A stretch of 64,000 bases of DNA, from NCBI RefSeq assembly GCF_003334785.1, contig NZ_QOWV01000008.1, one strand, 5' to 3'. This DNA is from Escherichia coli (lineage in GTDB: Bacteria > Pseudomonadota > Gammaproteobacteria > Enterobacterales > Enterobacteriaceae). The position numbers were made by a program, and so were the translations under genes. Shown here piece after piece: positions 58,938 through 64,000 of this stretch (positions are counted from its first letter, which is position 1; every line of letters begins with the position of its first letter). The notes under the pieces are model-generated. The model worked only from the letters and a program-made list of their open reading frames with translations, was not told where the DNA came from and did no database searches.

Positions 58938-59057
58938 GGTCTTCCATCCCGTGAAATGCACATAAGGGAGTTATGCACGATTTACGCGCAATCCTCAAGG
59001 CGGGAATGGTGAAAGAGGTGAGACTGCGGCGGTAATTATCTTACCGCCGCCAGTGAA

Positions 59058-60449
59058 TTACTGTTTTTCTGGTGGGAAAATCAGATTCAGCACGATGGCA
59101 GTAATACCGCCCGCGGCGATCCCGGAGGAGAGCAGGTTTTTCAGCCATTCAGGGGCAAACTGCAAAATCAGCGGCTGCTGAGACACGCCCAGACCAACCG
59201 CCAGCGACAGCGCGATAATCAGAATCGCCCGACGGTTCAGCGGCTCACGAGAAACGATACGCACACCGGAGGCGGCGATGGTGCCAAACATTACAAGCGT
59301 TGCGCCGCCCAGAACCGGTTCTGGAATGTGTTGTACAAAACCGCTCACTGCCGGGAACAGACCCAGCACGATCAACATCAGCGCGACGACAAAACCGACA
59401 TAGCGGCTGGCAACACCAGTCAACTGGATCACTCCGTTGTTTTGCCCGAAGCAGGAGTTCGGGAAGGTGTTAAACACCGCCGAAACAAACGAGTTCAGGC
59501 CGTTTGCCAGCACGCCACCTTTCAGGCGTTTCATGTACAGCGGACCGGACACTGGCTGTTCGGAAACGTCAGAGGTCGCCGTGATATCGCCAATGGTTTC
59601 CAGCGAAGTGATCATAAAGACCAGCATCAGCGGCAGCAGCAGACTCCATTCAATGCCAAGACCGTAATAGAGCGGCGTTGGCACCATAATCAGTTCTTGC
59701 GTCATCGGTTCGTTGCTTTCTGGCAACATGCCCATAAACCACGCCAGCGCATATCCGGCCGCCATCGCAATCACCAGTGAGGCCACGCGTAAGTAAGGGT
59801 TACGTTGACGGTTAAGCAGGATAATTAAGGCTAAGACCACGCCTGCCAGCAGCAGATTTTTCGGTGCGCCGAAGGTGTTATCGCTCATGGCTGCGTAACC
59901 GCCGCCAATGGACGTTAACCCAACCTGAATTAGCGACAGGCCGATAATCATCACCACAACGCCAGAAACCAGCGGCGTAATAATGCGGCGCGCCAGATGC
60001 AGAACGCGGGAGATCACCATCTCGGTGCAACTTGCCAGCATCAACGTGCCGAACAAAGCCGCCATCATGGTAGGAACATCAGCACCACCGGTTTTCAGCG
60101 CGGTACCGCCCATAATCAGCGGGGCAACAAAGTTGAAGCTGGTGCCCTGAATAGACAACAGCCCGGAGCCAACCGGACCCCAGGCCTTAATTTGAATAAT
60201 CGATGCCACACCGGAGGCAAACAGCGACATACTAATAATGTGTTGCGTGTCTTGTGCCGGTAAACCCAGCGCCTGGCAGATTAATAGCGCTGGCGTGATC
60301 ACCGCAACGAACATCGCCAGCAGATGCTGACAGGCGGCAAACAGGGTTTGAGGAAGCGGCGGACGATCTTCAAGACGGTAAATCAGTTCGCTGTTTTGAG
60401 TCTGCGCAACCGGTTGCGCATTTTCTGACTCGAGGGTGGAAACAGACAT
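59058..60449 (-). CDS. xanP: Xanthine permease XanP (NCS2 family)
   Basis: ORF 59058..60458; start [10 protein letters not shown]... Confidence 0.85.
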
Positions 60450-60728
60450 CGAAAACAATCCCGTGGTAGCAAAGCGGGCATTTTAGCTGACCGAAAGAGA
60501 AAAGCAAACGTTTGCCACATCCTCATCTAAATATTTAAATGAGATAAATGCACTTTTTTATATAACTTTTGGTATTTTTCTGCTTAAAATCCATGCCATT
60601 TGTTCATTAACAGCTGAGAATTTGACCCAGGAAAGCATAACTCGATACCCGTCATAGTTCATGAAGTTGCCACTGCGCGATGAAGTATGACGAGTATGAA
60701 AGAGTGATGCGGATACAAAGGAGTAACT

Positions 60729-61934
60729 ATGTTTCATCTCGATACTTTAGCAACGCTTGTTGCCGCAACGCTGACGTTGCTGCTCGGGCGTAAGTTGGTC
60801 CATTCCGTCTCCTTTTTGAAGAAATACACCATACCGGAACCTGTTGCGGGTGGTTTGTTGGTGGCGCTGGCGCTACTAGTACTGAAAAAAAGCATGGGCT
60901 GGGAAGTCAACTTTGATATGTCCCTGCGCGATCCGTTAATGCTGGCTTTCTTCGCCACCATTGGCCTGAACGCCAACATTGCCAGTTTGCGTGCCGGTGG
61001 GCGTGTGGTTGGCATCTTCTTGATTGTGGTTGTTGGTCTGTTGGTGATGCAAAATGCCATTGGCATTGGTATGGCTAGCCTGTTAGGGCTTGATCCGCTG
61101 ATGGGGCTGTTGGCCGGTTCTATTACGCTTTCCGGCGGTCACGGTACGGGCGCTGCGTGGAGTAAATTGTTCATTGAACGTTATGGCTTCACCAATGCGA
61201 CGGAAGTGGCGATGGCCTGTGCAACGTTCGGTCTGGTGCTGGGCGGCTTGATTGGCGGTCCGGTGGCGCGCTATCTGGTGAAACACTCCACCACGCCGAA
61301 CGGTATTCCGGATGACCAGGAAGTCCCGACGGCGTTTGAAAAGCCGGATGTGGGCCGCATGATCACCTCGTTGGTGCTGATTGAAACTATCGCGCTGATT
61401 GCTATCTGCCTGACGGTGGGGAAAATTGTTGCGCAACTTTTGGCTGGCACTGCTTTTGAACTGCCGACCTTCGTCTGTGTACTGTTTGTTGGCGTGATTC
61501 TGAGCAACGGTCTGTCAATAATGGGCTTTTACCGCGTCTTTGAGCGTGCGGTATCCGTGCTGGGTAACGTAAGCTTGTCGTTGTTCCTGGCGATGGCGTT
61601 GATGGGGCTGAAACTGTGGGAGCTGGCTTCGCTGGCGCTGCCGATGCTGGCGATTCTGGTGGTACAGACCATCTTCATGGCGTTGTATGCCATCTTCGTT
61701 ACCTGGCGCATGATGGGCAAAAACTACGATGCGGCAGTGCTGGCTGCGGGTCACTGTGGTTTTGGCCTCGGTGCAACGCCAACGGCAATCGCCAACATGC
61801 AGGCGATCACTGAACGCTTTGGCCCGTCGCACATGGCGTTTTTGGTGGTGCCGATGGTCGGTGCGTTCTTTATCGATATCGTCAATGCGCTGGTAATTAA
61901 GTTGTATTTGATGTTGCCGATTTTTGCCGGTTAA
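60729..61934 (+). CDS. gltS: Sodium/glutamate symporter GltS
   Basis: 401-aa polytopic membrane ORF. Confidence 0.9.
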   Translation: MFHLDTLATLVAATLTLLLGRKLVHSVSFLKKYTIPEPVAGGLLVALALLVLKKSMGWEVNFDMSLRDPLMLAFFATIGLNANIASLRAGGRVVGIFLIVVVGLLVMQNAIGIGMASLLGLDPLMGLLAGSITLSGGHGTGAAWSKLFIERYGFTNATEVAMACATFGLVLGGLIGGPVARYLVKHSTTPNGIPDDQEVPTAFEKPDVGRMITSLVLIETIALIAICLTVGKIVAQLLAGTAFELPTFVCVLFVGVILSNGLSIMGFYRVFERAVSVLGNVSLSLFLAMALMGLKLWELASLALPMLAILVVQTIFMALYAIFVTWRMMGKNYDAAVLAAGHCGFGLGATPTAIANMQAITERFGPSHMAFLVVPMVGAFFIDIVNALVIKLYLMLPIFAG

Positions 61935-61974
61935 CCGATGAAGCGGCGGTAGAAGTGCCGCCGCAACAAAGACA

Positions 61975-62090
61975 AATGCCTGATACGCTTCGCTTATCAA
62001 GCCTGCGTATTGATTCATAATTTATTGAATTTGTAGGGTGAATCGCATCCGGCAGGAAGGTAGGGTAACCTGAAATGGCGGTCTTCTCAC
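61975..62090. repeat. REP/BIME-type palindromic units
   Basis: gcctgatacgcttcgcttatcaagcctgc and gtagggtgaatcgcatccggcag motifs. Confidence 0.4.
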
Positions 62091-62099
62091 TGCCGCCTT

Positions 62100-64000
62100 T
62101 TACGCATTCGAGTAACGTTCTGTCTCCGGCATCCAGCGTTCTATCAAGGCTTTTGCCTGTTGTGGGTAACGTTCGTGAATATGTCGCGCCAGGCGCTGAA
62201 CTTCCGGGATCATCGCCTGATCGCGCAGTAAATCCGCCACTTTAAATTCAGCATTACCCGTCTGACGCGTGCCTAACAATTCGCCAGGGCCGCGAATCTC
62301 CAGATCTTTTTGCGCAATCACAAAACCGTCGTTACTGTCGCGCAGCACTTGCAGGCGAATTTGCGCCGTTTTAGAAAGCGGCGTTTTGTAGAGCAGCACG
62401 CAGTGAGAAGCCACCGCGCCACGACCTACGCGCCCGCGCAGCTGGTGTAACTGCGCCAGACCCAGACGCTCAGGGTTTTCGATAATCATCAGGCTGGCGT
62501 TAGGCACATCAACACCGACTTCAATAACGGTAGTGGCAACCAGCAGATGTAGCTCACCTTGTTTAAACGACGCCATCACCGCCTGTTTCTCGGCTGGTTT
62601 CATCCGCCCGTGTACCAGGCCAACATTCAATTCTGGTAGCGCCAGTTTCAACTCTTCCCAGGTAGCTTCCGCCGCCTGCGCTTCCAGTAACTCTGACTCT
62701 TCAATCAACGTACAAACCCAGTACGCCTGACGACCTTCAGTTATGCAGGCGTGGCGCACGCGGTCAATGATGTCGGTACGGCGGGTATCAGGAATAGCGA
62801 CCGTAGTCACTGGCGTGCGGCCTGGCGGCAGCTCATCTATCACCGAGGTATCGAGATCGGCATACGCCGTCATTGCCAGCGTGCGGGGGATCGGCGTGGC
62901 GGTCATGATCAACTGATGCGGATGGAAGCCCTGCTGCTGGCCTTTCTCCCACAATGCCAGACGCTGATGCACGCCAAAACGATGCTGTTCGTCGATAATC
63001 ACCAGCGCCAGGCCGTTAAACTGCACCTGTTCCTGGAAGATGGCGTGTGTACCGACAATCATCTGCACCTGACCGCTGGCGATGGCTTCCTGCTGAGACA
63101 GTCGCGCTTTGCCTTTCTGCTTACCGGCGAGCCAGCCCACTTTGATACCGAGCGGTGCAAACCAGTTGCGGAAGTTATTGGCGTGCTGCTCGGCGAGTAA
63201 TTCGGTTGGTGCCATCAGTGCCACCTGTTTGCCGTGGGCAATCGCACGCAGCGCGGCGAGGGCGGCGACCAGCGTTTTACCGGAACCTACATCGCCCTGT
63301 ACCAGGCGCATCATCGGCACATCCAGCGCCATATCATGCTCGATCTCCGCCACTACGCGTGCCTGTGCGCCCGTTGGCTTGAACGGTAAGGCGGCGAGGA
63401 GTTTATTTTTCAGCGTGTCATTGGCGCTCAGCGGCTGGGCATGAAAACGCTGTGCTCCGGCACGTAAGGCTAACATGCTGAGGTTGTGCGCCAGCAGTTC
63501 TTCCAGAATCAGACGACGTTGCGCCGGATGCTGCCCGGTTTCCAGATCGCTAAGCTGTAGCGTCGGTGGCGGGCGGTGCAAAGTGCGCAACGCTTCCGGT
63601 AGCGTCATCATTCCTTGTGACAGTTCCGGCGGCAGGAGTTCTTCAATGGCGCAGGTGTCGAGCAGATCCAGCGCCTGGTCGGTTAATTTACGCAGCGTGG
63701 CCTGCTTTACGCCTTCCGTTGTTGGATAAACCGGCGTGAGCGTTTCCTGTAATTCTGGCGTGCTGAGATCGCCCTGCACGCGGTATTCCGGGTGGATCAT
63801 CTCCGCACCATATTTACCGCGCTTTGCTTCGCCATAAGCCAGTACACGGCGGCCCGTCGCCAGGCTATTTTTCATTGCCGCGCTGAAATTGAAAAAGCGC
63901 ATGGTGAGGATGCCGGAACCGTCGCTGATCTGGCAGGTCATCATCCGCCGACCGCCGAAGGAGATATTGCAGTTCAGCACTTCGCCTTCCACCGTGGCAT
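62100..64000 (-). CDS. recG: ATP-dependent DNA helicase RecG (N-terminus beyond window end)
   Basis: Open frame from stop at 62100 to window end; DEQH box and helicase motifs (GDVGSGKT). Confidence 0.9.
   Translation of the reverse strand, partial: ATVEGEVLNCNISFGGRRMMTCQISDGSGILTMRFFNFSAAMKNSLATGRRVLAYGEAKRGKYGAEMIHPEYRVQGDLSTPELQETLTPVYPTTEGVKQATLRKLTDQALDLLDTCAIEELLPPELSQGMMTLPEALRTLHRPPPTLQLSDLETGQHPAQRRLILEELLAHNLSMLALRAGAQRFHAQPLSANDTLKNKLLAALPFKPTGAQARVVAEIEHDMALDVPMMRLVQGDVGSGKTLVAALAALRAIAHGKQVALMAPTELLAEQHANNFRNWFAPLGIKVGWLAGKQKGKARLSQQEAIASGQVQMIVGTHAIFQEQVQFNGLALVIIDEQHRFGVHQRLALWEKGQQQGFHPHQLIMTATPIPRTLAMTAYADLDTSVIDELPPGRTPVTTVAIPDTRRTDIIDRVRHACITEGRQAYWVCTLIEESELLEAQAAEATWEELKLALPELNVGLVHGRMKPAEKQAVMASFKQGELHLLVATTVIEVGVDVPNASLMIIENPERLGLAQLHQLRGRVGRGAVASHCVLLYKTPLSKTAQIRLQVLRDSNDGFVIAQKDLEIRGPGELLGTRQTGNAEFKVADLLRDQAMIPEVQRLARHIHERYPQQAKALIERWMPETERYSNA

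Overview
This window is an Escherichia coli chromosomal segment (K-12-like gene order, reverse-complemented) running from the 3' end of gyrB through yidBA, the dgo galactonate operon, ibpAB, the glv/yid cluster, emrD, tisB/istR, ivbL-ilvBN, uhpABCT, ade/adeQ, nepI, nlpA and setC, then resuming at selC, yicJ/yicI/yicH, xanP, gltS and recG. Between setC and tRNA-Sec (selC) sits an ~11.8 kb P4-like satellite prophage (about 41274..53074) bounded by a 24-bp direct repeat of the selC 3' end. It carries int, vis, alpha primase-helicase, crr and ori iterons, sid-delta-psu and a cos site. The most interesting part is the variable slot between cos/psu and int: instead of the P4 gop-beta-cII genes it holds two convergent, strongly AT-rich ORFs with no family I can recognise. 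One (about 429 aa) has a PD-(D/E)xK-like nuclease signature; the other (457 aa) has an HEXXH zinc-peptidase motif and its start overlaps the integrase stop as ATGA. I consider these candidate, possibly undescribed, anti-phage defence or abortive-infection cargo. Separately, relative to the protein lengths I remember for K-12, dgoK carries an apparent 1-nt frameshift, yidK runs into an N-terminally truncated yidJ (probable ~170 bp deletion), and glvG is fragmented while glvC-glvB reads as one intact EIICB ORF. All calls are from reading the sequence and the ORF track; no database search was run.
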